Assembly: GCA_964016885.1 (NCBI GenBank)
Contig: OZ024742.1
Location: 34,410,001-34,474,000, forward strand
Length of the DNA stretch: 64,000 nt
DNA from: Eledone cirrhosa
Taxonomy: Eukaryota
Direction: 5' to 3'
Part shown: piece by piece, positions 39,970 through 53,367 of the stretch
How positions within the stretch are numbered: the stretch's first letter is position 1
Layout: each line of letters starts with the position of its first letter
Notes under the pieces: generated by a model
Told to the model about the DNA's origin: nothing
Databases searched by the model: none
What the model saw: the letters and a program-made list of their open reading frames with translations, nothing else
Translations under genes and position numbers: made by a program

Positions 39970-40920
39970 AATTGCTTCTACTTTTGGCACAAGGCCAGCA
40001 ATTATCCAGTGCATTACTGGTACTTTATTTTATCGACCCCGTAAAGATGAAAGGCAAAGTTAATATCCGCGGGATTTGAACTCAGACCATAAAGGGTCGT
40101 ACCTCTTTGCTGCAAAGCATGGCGTCCGACCCTTTACCGATACTGCCAATCCACCGCTAATAATAATATCTTCACGTCAGTGAGTAATAGGGGCCAGTTT
40201 ATCTAGAAATGTAATCTTTGAGAACCTGGCATCCTAGCCAGGATAATTTGCCTCATCCTCCGAATATCACGAAACTGCTGCTAAATACTGACTGATGAGC
40301 CGCTTATACCTTATGCTGCATTGATATCTATATTATCATGGCGAATTTGGCAGAGTTGTATGTTCGTCTGCCTGAAGTTGCGACCTTCAGCTAGGATTAG
40401 AATTGTAAAAATAAAAGAGATAATAGTTTTCTCTGTCTTAATTCTAATCGGCTAAAAATGTGTACATCTTAAATTACGTTTATGGCATTAGATTTGACAG
40501 AGTTATAAGAGCATTGGATATTTGTTCCCGTCTCTGCGTTCTGAGTTCAAATCTCGCCGGGTACCTCTTTACCTTTCATTATTTTGAGACGTGTAACGGT
40601 GGTGAATTGGCAGTATCGGTAGACGGTCTCACGCCATGCTTTGACGCATAGAGTTACGGCCCTTTCCATTCTGAGTTTCCGGTCTCTGCATTCTGAGTTC
40701 AAATCTTGCCGGGGACCTCTTTGCCTTTCATTATTTCGAGACATGTAACGGTGGTGGATTGGGAGTATCGGTAGAGGGCTTTGCAGCATAGAGTTACGGC
40801 CTTTTATGGTCTGAGTTCAATTTCGCCGAGGTTAACTTTGCATTTCATCCTTACTGGATCGATAAAATAAAGTACCAGTAATACACTGGGATAATTGTGC
40901 CAAAAGTAGAAACAATTATT
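39970..40920. mobile_element. tRNA-SINE copies: full minus copy 39970-40160, head-to-tail multimer 40490-40920 (+)
   Basis: Repeated A/B-box heads ending in the standard core and tail. Confidence 0.8.
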
Positions 40921-42774
40921 TCGATACATGTAATGAAATACCAGTCCAAACCAGTGCAGCTTTCTTTCCTTCCAGCTTTCACTTTCTGGATTTTCCCTTT
41001 CTGGATTTTAGGGAGGGACGAGAAGGTTTCTATGTATGTTCCTGAATGCACGGGCACCTAAAACCCTTTGCAAATGCATGGTACATATAACCTGTATTTT
41101 TTTTTTATATCGAATTTATGTACATTATAGCTTTGCCCATGTACACAGAATTGTAAAAGTGGCTTGCTACTTAGGGAAATATAAGCAGAGAGGTCAAAGG
41201 AATTCAATTGCTTTTAAAAAGAATTGATGATTCAGAGATAAATTGAGGAGAAGTATTTGAAAGTCTTTTAGGTGGGTCGCAAGTGCATTAGCGGCCTACA
41301 TTTACAAAAACTGTTGTAAATGGTAAATGAAATCGAGTCTCCCGGAAGAAATAAACTTAGACTGATGATAATAGAAAATATTTTTGTTACATATTTACGG
41401 GAGAGAACTTGGCAATATTGGAAAGGAGATCAAAAGTGAACTAAAATACATTGATTGGCTCTCAGTAATCACAACTGCTTTCATTGAAACCTACAAAGTT
41501 AATAATCATAGAAGTAACAGAGTGGTGATATTTTATATATGTTGCACAACATCCAATTTTGATTAGTTCGGTTTGAAAATTGGTAGAGTTTTTTTTTTGG
41601 GGGGGGGGGGGGGGTAAATGTAATTTTCCTTTCTGTTGCCAATATTTGAAGTCAATAATCAATATTGATACTCAACCTATTTTTTTTATTTTATTTTAAT
41701 GTAAACACATTTTTTTTCTGTCATTTCTAAAAGCTGAGAGATGTGGAAGGGAAGTAAGCTTCCGACAAGCCGATGCGTTTGATGCTGAAGTGCCTGCTCT
41801 GCTGGAACACACCATGTCATAGTATCACGGACATTTTCTTTGTTATATATTAGCCAGTTCTGGAGAAAGGTTCATTGCCCAAGTCCTTTGTAAGCCTTTC
41901 CAGACTAGCGAGCTTGAATTTGTTTGGCTAAATTGCTACAAGTCGAGGACTACAGGGAATATACATGCAAGGAGGGAAATCCCAAATTCCAACATTCTGA
42001 GGTGGGATAACTCGTCGTAAGTTCGTGCAGGAATTGGAGAGTTTGACGCAATTTACATTCCAGGGCGTTCTAGCAGAAAGGCATAACTGAATTGACATAT
42101 GATTCCAAACTCCGATCGTTCTTAAATATTTTCTCTCGCCAATGGGTCATTTGTCGGTTCTATGATTTCCTTGTACTTATTTTTCTTTTTTTTTCATTCT
42201 ACATTTTCGTGTTATTATTAGCTCGATATCTATAGCTACATTTGCATTGTAGTGACTTCCTAAAATTATCTCATTTTTACATGAATATACAGTATTTATA
42301 ATTATATGTGTGTGTGTTTAAGTGTCTTTCTGTCTCCCTCTGTTTCTCTCTATGTGTACATATACAGAGTGAGTCATAAGTAACTAGGAAATCAATGCAA
42401 ACAGTTAACTGTTAGAACATCCTCTTCAAAATGTATTGGGGAAGGGAGCCGGCTTTTAGAAGACGTATTTTAATTATATTTTTCTAACTACTTTTGTTTG
42501 ATATATTTATAATTTCGTACTCTATAGCCAAAATATTAGTAAATATTATCATTTGGAATATAATTGTTGGACTGTGTTTAGAGGGAGAGGAAGGGAGAAA
42601 AAGAGGGAGAAATAAAGAGAGACAGAACACATTAAAAATGTATAAATTCATCATGCAATTTATACATATGCTAAAAAATAATATGGATTTATCGAAAGTT
42701 TTTAACCAAAAACTTCTTCTGTGCCCACATATTCCTTGGAAGGTAATGGGGGCAGAGTCTTCAAGCACATGTTT

Positions 42775-43235
42775 CTGCGGATAGGTTCAGAGGGAACTGT
42801 CTCCAATTAATCCACCTGGATTCCCAAGCGGGACCAGCCGAGGTTATGGTTGTTTTCCAACCATCTTGTTCAGGGTCTATCCCTGGGTCTCCTACCGGTT
42901 GGTTTTGCACGTAAAATGTGTACAGAGATTCTTCTTGGGACATTCTGACCACATATCCGTATTATCAAAGCTGTGATCTCTTAATTCAGAGAAGCTACGT
43001 ACTCTATCGAGTAACGTTACTCCAAAGATCTTTCGCATGAACAACATCACGGCCGCTAGCGTTCCCAATCCTATTTTTTCGGTCATTAACAAAAGTTCAT
43101 GACCATAGGTACGGGTGGGCACGAATAAGGAATTGAACATAGTATGTTTGGCATTTACACCTATCTGCCATCGTTTGATGACTGAATCCTGAAGCTAGCA
43201 CATTACTGCACATATCTTAACCCTCTTCACCTGCT
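42775..43235 (-). mobile_element. Degenerate 3' end of an RTE-clade LINE
   Basis: FNSLFVPTRTYGHE, FMRKIFGVTLLDRVRS, then VVRMS and RPRDRP*TRW in shifted frames. Confidence 0.75.
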
Positions 43236-43351
43236 ACACACACTCATGTATAGAACAAAACTTTACTTCGCTGTAAATATAAATACCGACAAAAACACAT
43301 AAACAAACATTCTCAGTCCTATATCTACTGTATAGGTATATACATATACAT

Positions 43352-44960
<1,609 letters not shown>

Positions 44961-45153
44961 CTCATCAATGTTTGTACATATAATTAACCTCCTACTCAAC
45001 TGAAAAATCATTCTTACATTGAGCTATTTCTCTTACTGGTAATAAAGTAGTAATTAATTACTGACTTTTCCTGTTTATAGTTATTTATAGTATAGTATAT
45101 ACATAACTATAAATAGTATCTTTATTATTATTATATATATATATAAAATATAT

Positions 45154-45235
<82 letters not shown>

Positions 45236-45250
45236 TATATATATAAATAT

Positions 45251-45351
<101 letters not shown>

Positions 45352-45357
45352 TATATA

Positions 45358-45429
<72 letters not shown>

Positions 45430-45498
45430 CGGCGATGAATTTGTTTTGCAAGGTTTTTTATATGAATTTGTTTTGCAAGGTTTTTTATATGTCGAAAA

Positions 45499-45860
45499 AA
45501 TATTGTTATATTTGGGGAGGGTCATATTGTTATAATATTGCCAGAAATAATAATAAAATACACTCACTGTTTGGTTTGGATTAGTTTTCGCTTTATTTAT
45601 TTATTTATTTATTTTTGTCTCTGCGCATACGTTTGTGTGTGGGTTTTCTGTTTGGTGTATGTTCGTGTCTGAGCCTGTGTGTGTTTGTATTCTATCTTTG
45701 CTCACTAGTATTAGTTTATGTGTGGTTGTTGTTATTGTACCTGTGTATATTTATTTATATCTATCTTAGGTCACTATTGTGTGTTTGTGTATGATTGTTG
45801 TTTTTGTTATTCCATTCATTTTTTCTGTTCAATATGACCCTCCCCAAATATAACAATATA
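45499..45860. repeat. Element bounded by 30-bp inverted repeats (gggagggtcat family)
   Basis: atattgttatatttggggagggtcatattg pairs with caatatgaccctccccaaatataacaatat. Confidence 0.75.
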
Positions 45861-45867
45861 TAACTAT

Positions 45868-46520
45868 CTAGGGCGGGAAAAATTCCCGAGATCCATGGAC
45901 GAGTTCTCTCCAGCGGTCTCTGTCCCTCATTATCGCTGCCATGTCCTGTGTCTCCAACAGACCATTGTCTGTCCTTTGGGCATCAACATATGTTAACCTT
46001 GATCTTCCTCTTCCAGTGTGTCCATGCAGGAGCTCCAACAGGAGCACTGAGTGCAATGTCAACCCTGGATGTCGGTGAGCATGTCCAGCTAACCTCAGTC
46101 TCCTCTGTGTCACTTTTGAGCTGCCTTTTGGGAGGCTCCCATACAGCTCTGAGTTGTTCATCCTCAGTGTATACTGATTAATGTTCAGAGCCATCCTCAG
46201 CATTCTCGTGTAGCACCCATGCACCATCTGAATGAGTTTCTTGGTCAGTGTCCAAGTCTCAGACCCGTACAGCAGCACAGGCTCCACTACAGTAACGAAG
46301 AGGCGGATCTTCACGTCCTCACGAGGGTCGGACTTCCACACCGATCTCAAACTGTGGCACGCCGCTTAGTCTTTGTTCTTCCTCTCAACCACATCATTTT
46401 CCGTATTCCCAATCTTTGCTCCCAAATGCAGGAAGTCGTCAACTAATTCCAGCGGCTTCCGCCTACATTCTCTTCATTCTCTACCAGGCATATATATTTT
46501 TCTAGCTCAGGGACAACCAG
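45868..46520 (-). mobile_element. 5'-truncated RTE-clade LINE 3' end
   Basis: VKIRLFVTVVEPVLLYGSETWTL, YTRMLRMALNI, RRLRLAGHAHRH, GRGRSRLTYVD; upstream [10 protein letters not shown]. Confidence 0.88.
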
Positions 46521-46658
<138 letters not shown>

Positions 46659-46782
46659 GTGTGAGTTGCTTGTGTGTGCGTGTGTATTTGTGTGTGTATT
46701 ATACTTATTTGTTAAATAATTTGAATGACTCTTCTCCGATGTAATTATTTATAATTATGTATACATATATATGTGTGTTTGA

Positions 46783-46844
<62 letters not shown>

Positions 46845-46959
46845 ATATATATATATGTGTGTGTGTATGTGTGTGTGTGTGCATGCATATATATATATAC
46901 AAAATATACTCATGTACTTCACACAAAGTCGTACAGATTTATCGGAAGCCAAAACGACA

Positions 46960-47200
46960 AAATTTAATTAAAAACAAGAGCGCGTCTCGGCAGCCTAAAC
47001 AAAAAACGAAGGGGAAAAACAATAAACCGCCATTGTATAAAGTACATTTGAAGCTATGAATAGCAAATTAGTGACATGCGCATTAGTGTGAAAACAGTCG
47101 CTGTGATTGGTTGGCTCTTAAAAAAGAACTAGCTTTTATTCTCTATTGTATTGATTTCGTTAATTACCCACACGCCATCTTGAAATTGTGTGAATATGTA
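46960..47200. promoter_or_regulatory. Candidate, possibly bidirectional, Pol II promoter
   Basis: Unique CpG-containing island with CCGCCATT (about 47027), ACATGCGCA (about 47074), GATTGG CCAAT box (about 47105) and CGCCATCTT YY1 motif (about 47173). Confidence 0.35.
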
Positions 47201-47233
47201 CGTATATGTCTCTCTTTCTCTCTGTCTCTGTCC

Positions 47234-47267
<34 letters not shown>

Positions 47268-47486
47268 TTATATATTTATATATGGAGAGTATGCGTTTTT
47301 GTGTGTAGGTGTATTTCAGTATTTTTTGTAGGATATATATACGTATATACATCTTTATGTGTATGTATATGTATTTTGTATGTACGTCGTTATAAATATC
47401 TTGCAGATTATATTTGTGTTTATGGTGTATGTGCTTATGTATTATATATTAGGAGGGTGTATTTATGTATTCTTTGTCTTTATATG

Positions 47487-47620
47487 TGAAAGGCGTGTGA
47501 CTGAGTGAATAGAGATTGGATTCACAATCTTGAGGTTGTGAGTTCGATTCCTGGACCGGGCGATACGTTATGTCCTTGAGCAAGACACTTTATTTCACGT
47601 TGATCCTTCTACCTGCAGTT
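47487..47620 (+). mobile_element. tRNA-derived CORE-like SINE
   Basis: B-box GAGTTCGATTC followed by tgtccttgagcaagacactt. Confidence 0.75.
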
Positions 47621-47974
47621 GCGACCGATATATAGTACTAGCAACTGGAAGACCGAGGAAAACAATGTTTCCTCGGTCCGATTTGACGAAAGTTGATCGA
47701 TCCTTTTTGTCTTTATTTAGTATACATGTGTGGTCTGTTTGCGTGTATGCATGTGTGTATATGTATATATGTATGTTTCTATATCCGTTTGTATCATTCA
47801 GAGCATGCGTTATGCCTGTTAGTGTGAGAGCATGTGTGTATATTCTTCTTTCTGCTTGTTCTTCAGTTGTGACCAGACCAATAGAGAACCCCCCCCCCCC
47901 CAATAGAAAACGGAACCCCCAAATAAAAAACGCTCTCCATCCAATAAGAAAACGGACACCCCTACACAAATATC

Positions 47975-48470
47975 GTCTACATAACTTCTTACCGGCTACA
48001 TAGCTTCTTATCGGCTACATAACCTTATAACGGCTACATAGAATCTTACTGGTAACATAGCCTCTTACCGGTGACACAACCTCTTGCGGCCACATAGCCT
48101 ATACCGGTTACATAGACTCTTACTGGCAACATAACCTCTTACATACCTCATAACCTGCTACCGGCTAAGAGGCCTTATAGCCGGTAAGATATATTCATTT
48201 ACATAGCTTTATACCAGCTATATAGCTCCTTACCGGCTACATAGCCTCTTACCGGCTACATAGCCTCTTACCGGCTACATAGCCACTTAACGCCTATATA
48301 GTTTCTTACCGGTTACATAGCCTCTACCGGCTACATAGCTGCTTCCCGGCTACATAGCACCTAACGGCTAAGTAGTCTTTACTGGCCACAAAGCCTCTTA
48401 CCGGCTACACATCTTACCTGCAGCATAACCTCTTACCACTTACATAGAAAATTACACGCAACATAGCATT
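47975..48470. repeat. 19-bp minisatellite (ATAGCCTCTTACCGGCTAC), roughly 25 diverged units
   Basis: Exact adjacent units at 48241-48278; a short inverted patch near 48160-48190. Confidence 0.9.
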
Positions 48471-48745
48471 TTCTAGTTTTCCCTCTCGTATGTCTAAGTT
48501 GCATTCTACTGACTTTCTCCAAACAATCTTAACCACATAACTCAAAATAATTTATATAATCATTACTGCTAAATTCTGAGCTTTGACTGTGTGTTAAATT
48601 GTATAGAAGGATATGAATTTAAAAGTTAACTACGTCATGATAACACGAACGTAGCAACAAAAAAATGATTGGCAGCTTTGTTCTGTCAGGGATTTCTAAT
48701 CGCAGCCTGGTGTTTTAAATTTCTGGGTTGTTATTAGATTTTGGG

Positions 48746-48945
48746 NNNNNNNNNNNNNNNNNNNNNNNNNNNNNNNNNNNNNNNNNNNNNNNNNNNNNNN
48801 NNNNNNNNNNNNNNNNNNNNNNNNNNNNNNNNNNNNNNNNNNNNNNNNNNNNNNNNNNNNNNNNNNNNNNNNNNNNNNNNNNNNNNNNNNNNNNNNNNNN
48901 NNNNNNNNNNNNNNNNNNNNNNNNNNNNNNNNNNNNNNNNNNNNN
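48746..48945. other. Assembly gap (200 N)
   Basis: Run of N. Confidence 0.99.
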
Positions 48946-49143
48946 TGTATGTGTGTGTATGTATGTGTGTGTGTGTGCTCACATTTGTGCGTGTGTAAGA
49001 TAAACAGGTGGTGAGAAACGGGGAAATATATTCAATATAGAAATTTAGAACTACAGTACCGAATTTGTGTGAATGAAAGAATATGATGTTATATACACAC
49101 ACACATATATATATACACACGCACACACACACACACATAATGT

Positions 49144-49198
<55 letters not shown>

Positions 49199-49202
<4 letters not shown>

Positions 49203-49347
49203 AATGAGTTATTTGGTTGTTGATTATTCAACAAAGTTAATTTACATCAGATTAGAAGCTCTCAACGTATTTATCCGGAGTATTATTACTATCAATAATA
49301 TTAATAATTATAAAGATATTAAAGATATTTTCCATTTATAATATTAT

Positions 49348-49352
<5 letters not shown>
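49199..49352. mobile_element. Short fold-back PLE-tail element (same family as 895-1195)
   Basis: aacaatgagttattt..agattagaagctctcaac shared with 895-963; short arm aatattattgata pairs with tatcaataatatt. Confidence 0.7.
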
Positions 49353-49413
<61 letters not shown>

Positions 49414-49759
49414 CAGTGTTAAATCTTTCGTTGAATATAACATCTTTCTTTGCTGTTGTAATTTGCCCCCAGCGCAGCTCAGATTGTACAGACGTGTGAT
49501 CAAGGTATCCCAGCCATGACTTTTAAGTCTAGCTCTCACTAAATTTATCTGCATTAATTAATTTTTATTTAGAAGATAGGATATTATTTCAAGCAGATGG
49601 AGCGATATCCTATGCTCTTTCTTTCATCATGCATGTTTGTCTAAGTTGTTACTTCTGAAAAACACCTGTAAAGGTAAATCACAAGACTCACTCTAAGTAG
49701 TTGCACACGATATTATATGCATATACATATATGTATGTATGTAAGTGTGTAACTCCTCC

Positions 49760-49797
<38 letters not shown>

Positions 49798-49916
49798 GCT
49801 CTCTATCTCTCTCTGTATATATATATATGTGTGTGTGCGTGAGAGAGAGAGAGAAAGAAAAACGTACATACACATAAACGCGCGTGAGTGTATATACAAA
49901 CACATACACACACATA

Positions 49917-49980
<64 letters not shown>

Positions 49981-50257
49981 ATTTACATATACATAAAATC
50001 ATAGATATATATATGTTGCAACCGGTCACGTTGTGGCTCAATGAAGAATTAATAAATTAAATAATCAGAGCAATATATCATAAATCATGTCCTTAGAGTC
50101 CGCTTTCGGTTATTGTCGGAAATTTCTTCATAGGAGCCTTTATCTTATAGCCTGGTCTAATTGATTTTTTTATATGGTTAATTATGCTAATTGGGAGAGG
50201 AAATGGTATATATTTTATCTATTAATTCTAAGGACATGATTCATGATATATATATAT

Positions 50258-50292
<35 letters not shown>

Positions 50293-50569
50293 TCGCTTGT
50301 TGCGTTTAACCATTTCACTGCACTCCTGCTGTGACGCTGTGTTCAAGCATCCATATGTCTCGTCAAGATTAGTACTTATTTTTAAGTTCAGTATATAATT
50401 ATATATCTCTATTGAAATACTTACACACAAACAATGTGTTTTGTTTTGTTCACGGGAAGAAAGCTTACGGATACAAATGAAGCTAATTATCTCCAGAGAA
50501 CAGAGTTTGGAATATATTTTCTTTATGCATTAGTTTGACGCGGGATCGAAACGCAAATAATCCGATAAA

Positions 50570-50570
<1 letters not shown>

Positions 50571-50628
<58 letters not shown>

Positions 50629-50642
50629 ATTAGCAGCAGTAA

Positions 50643-50679
<37 letters not shown>

Positions 50680-50724
50680 GCTGGTAGTGGTAGTAGTAGT
50701 AGTAATGCTAGTGGTGGTGGTGGT

Positions 50725-50809
<85 letters not shown>

Positions 50810-50894
50810 ATAGTAGTGGTGGTGGTGGTGCTGGTAGTGGTAGTAGTAGTAGTAATGCTAGTGGTGGTGGTGGTAGTATTATTATTATTATTAT

Positions 50895-50926
<32 letters not shown>

Positions 50927-51010
50927 GTAGTAGTAGTAGTAGTAATAGTGGTGGTGGTGGTGGTGCTGGTAGTGGTAGTAGTAGTAGTAATGCTAGTGGT
51001 GGTGGTGGTG

Positions 51011-51090
<80 letters not shown>
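50571..51090. repeat. (CTA)n followed by a three-copy higher-order array of (TAG)/(TGG)/(TAT) triplet blocks
   Basis: ggtggtgctggtagtggtagtagtagtagtaatgctagtggtgg occurs three times. Confidence 0.9.
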
Positions 51091-51091
<1 letters not shown>

Positions 51092-51765
51092 CAGTATACT
51101 TGCTGTAGTACAATTACATAAACGCTATCATTTATGCTTGTCTACAAATCTGTATAAGTATATTCACACATGCACCAATGAACCTTGATGTAATTCTGCA
51201 TTTTTGATTTATGCAGACAATGCAGAATTGCGTCGATGCTTTCTGTAGTTATTTGTGTTTATATGCTTCAATGCTGAAACACATATGTGTGTGCATTGGT
51301 GCACAAAATATTATGCGTAAAATGTATCAATGCAAAATATCTATGACCTCGTCTCCATCAGTTCTGCTTTCTCTTCTTTCTCGCACACTTCCTTTCATTG
51401 TATATTATAATCGTGCTATGTAAACGATAATAATGCAACAAGACATACATGACTGTGTCTGTACGTATTTATGTAACGAAACATCTATATATTCACTCCC
51501 ACATATGCTCGAATATAAAATGTATGTATGTATGTATGTATGTATGTATGTATGTGTATGTATGTGTATGTATGTATTAAGTATGTATGTATGTATGTGT
51601 GTATGTGTGTATGTATGTGTATATATGTATGTATATATTACTGGAAGTATATATGTATGTGTGTGTATGTATGTATGCATGCATGTGTGTATGTATGTAT
51701 TTATGTATATATGTATGTGTGTGTGCGTATGTATGTATATAAGTATGTATGTATGTATTTATGTA

Positions 51766-53037
51766 TGTTCTTCTGGTTTTATAATTATCACAAAGTTTTA
51801 CCAATAGAACGAGAGTTGGTTTCTAACATAGACACAAGACTCTCTCATTGGAATTTACATAACATCAACTAGGTAGATATGTATGTATGCATCCATGTGT
51901 AGATATGGATGTTATTGGATGTGTGGATGTGTATGTTTTGAGTTGTATGTGTGCATGTGTATATGCTTTGTATCTGTACATGTGTATATGCAGTTATTAG
52001 ATGCAACATTTTTGGAATGTTTTACATATTTTTACTGTTCCATTAATGGATTGTACTTGTAATTTCCTAACTAGTTGTGTTCTTTCTGTTCCTGTGAAGC
52101 CTAGCTTCTCAAGATTTGTATTGAAGCAGTTACTAACATATCCCAGTGCCCCAATAATCACAGGCATAAATCTGAAGGTGTAATCAGGGTGGAGTATCTG
52201 CAGATTTCTCATCAGTTCTGCATAAATATTCTCTTTTTCACTAATCTTTGATATTATATTGACATCTGCTGGGCAGCTAATTTCCACTACTGTGCATGTT
52301 TTCTTCTCCCTGTCCCATATCATAATATCTGGTCTGTTATGCATGCATTTTATTGGGATTTTTACTGGAACATTCCACCAGTACTCTTTCATATTATGTA
52401 CATGGATGTGTTCCACATTGTTGTAGCTTTTAATGTGTTTATTATCGGGGCTATCTTTTTTACGAACTGCATTGTACAGTGTTTTGGCCACTACATCATG
52501 TCTCATAGGTAGATAGTACCGCGATGACATCTTTGGACAGCTGCTGATGACATGGGTGATATCCTCGATGTTAGTTCTGCAGAGTCTGCACTTGTTATCA
52601 CATCTAGGTGTTTTGCCTGCATCCCTATCTCTTTTGTGAATCAGAAATTTCGTGCTAATCTCCTGTTCCTGGATTGCAAAAGCGTATCCTTCAAAGTGGG
52701 AGCCAATATAGCGGTTTTCGGTCCAAGATAGACTACTTTCCTTATCTATATTACTCTCACTCTGGAGCTTCCTGGCAACATATCCATGCATGATTTTTTG
52801 CTGATAGGCATGCAGTTTTTCATCCATGGATTCACTGCGATACTGCTGAGCGATATCCATGGGTGTGAGTTTTTGATTATCACACAGGGAATATCTCTCA
52901 AGGAGTTCCTTTCCAACTCTCATGATCTTATCTGTTTCATGCAGATAGACTTGCTCGAGAAACGGGCTCCTACGCTTCGAGGTTCGTAGATGTTGTCGGA
53001 GAGATATGATACGACATTCAAATGTTGTCTGGACTGA
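51766..53037 (-). mobile_element. 5'-truncated R4-clade (RLE) non-LTR retrotransposon in a (CATA)n tract
   Basis: Uninterrupted C-terminal ORF, about 230-nt 3' UTR, TATG/CATA repeats on both sides. Confidence 0.85.
51997..53037 (-). CDS. C-terminal part of RLE-type ORF (CCHC plus PD-(D/E)xK endonuclease), truncated
   Basis: FAIQEQEIST, CRLCRTNIEDITHVISSC, RHDVVAK, HNRPDIMIWD, VVEISCPAD, EKENIY, PVIIGALG. Confidence 0.88.
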   Translation of the reverse strand, partial: SVQTTFECRIISLRQHLRTSKRRSPFLEQVYLHETDKIMRVGKELLERYSLCDNQKLTPMDIAQQYRSESMDEKLHAYQQKIMHGYVARKLQSESNIDKESSLSWTENRYIGSHFEGYAFAIQEQEISTKFLIHKRDRDAGKTPRCDNKCRLCRTNIEDITHVISSCPKMSSRYYLPMRHDVVAKTLYNAVRKKDSPDNKHIKSYNNVEHIHVHNMKEYWWNVPVKIPIKCMHNRPDIMIWDREKKTCTVVEISCPADVNIISKISEKENIYAELMRNLQILHPDYTFRFMPVIIGALGYVSNCFNTNLEKLGFTGTERTQLVRKLQVQSINGTVKICKTFQKCCI

Positions 53038-53367
53038 TACATGTATGTATATAAGTATGTATGTATGTGTGTATTGATGTGTGTGTGTCGTATGTATGTG
53101 TATATATGTATGTATATATGTATGTATGCATAAATGTATGTATGTATGTGTGTGTGTATGTATGTATGCATGCATGTGTGTATGTATGTATTTAAGTACA
53201 TATGCATGTGTGTGTGTGTGTGTGTGTGTATGAATGTATGTGTGCGTGTATGTATGTATGCATGTATGTATGTAAGTATGTATGTATGTGTGTGTATGTG
53301 TGTATGTATATATATATATATATATATGTGTGTGTATGTGTGTATATATATGAATGTATGTATGTAA

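Noticed and set aside
47108-47132. Histone 3' stem-loop on the minus strand (agttcttttttaagagcc)
   Set aside because: The stem and loop do not fit the 6-bp/4-nt consensus, and there is no histone ORF.
47975-48470. CRISPR-like array
   Set aside because: Contiguous tandem units with no unique spacers, no cas genes, and a eukaryotic context.
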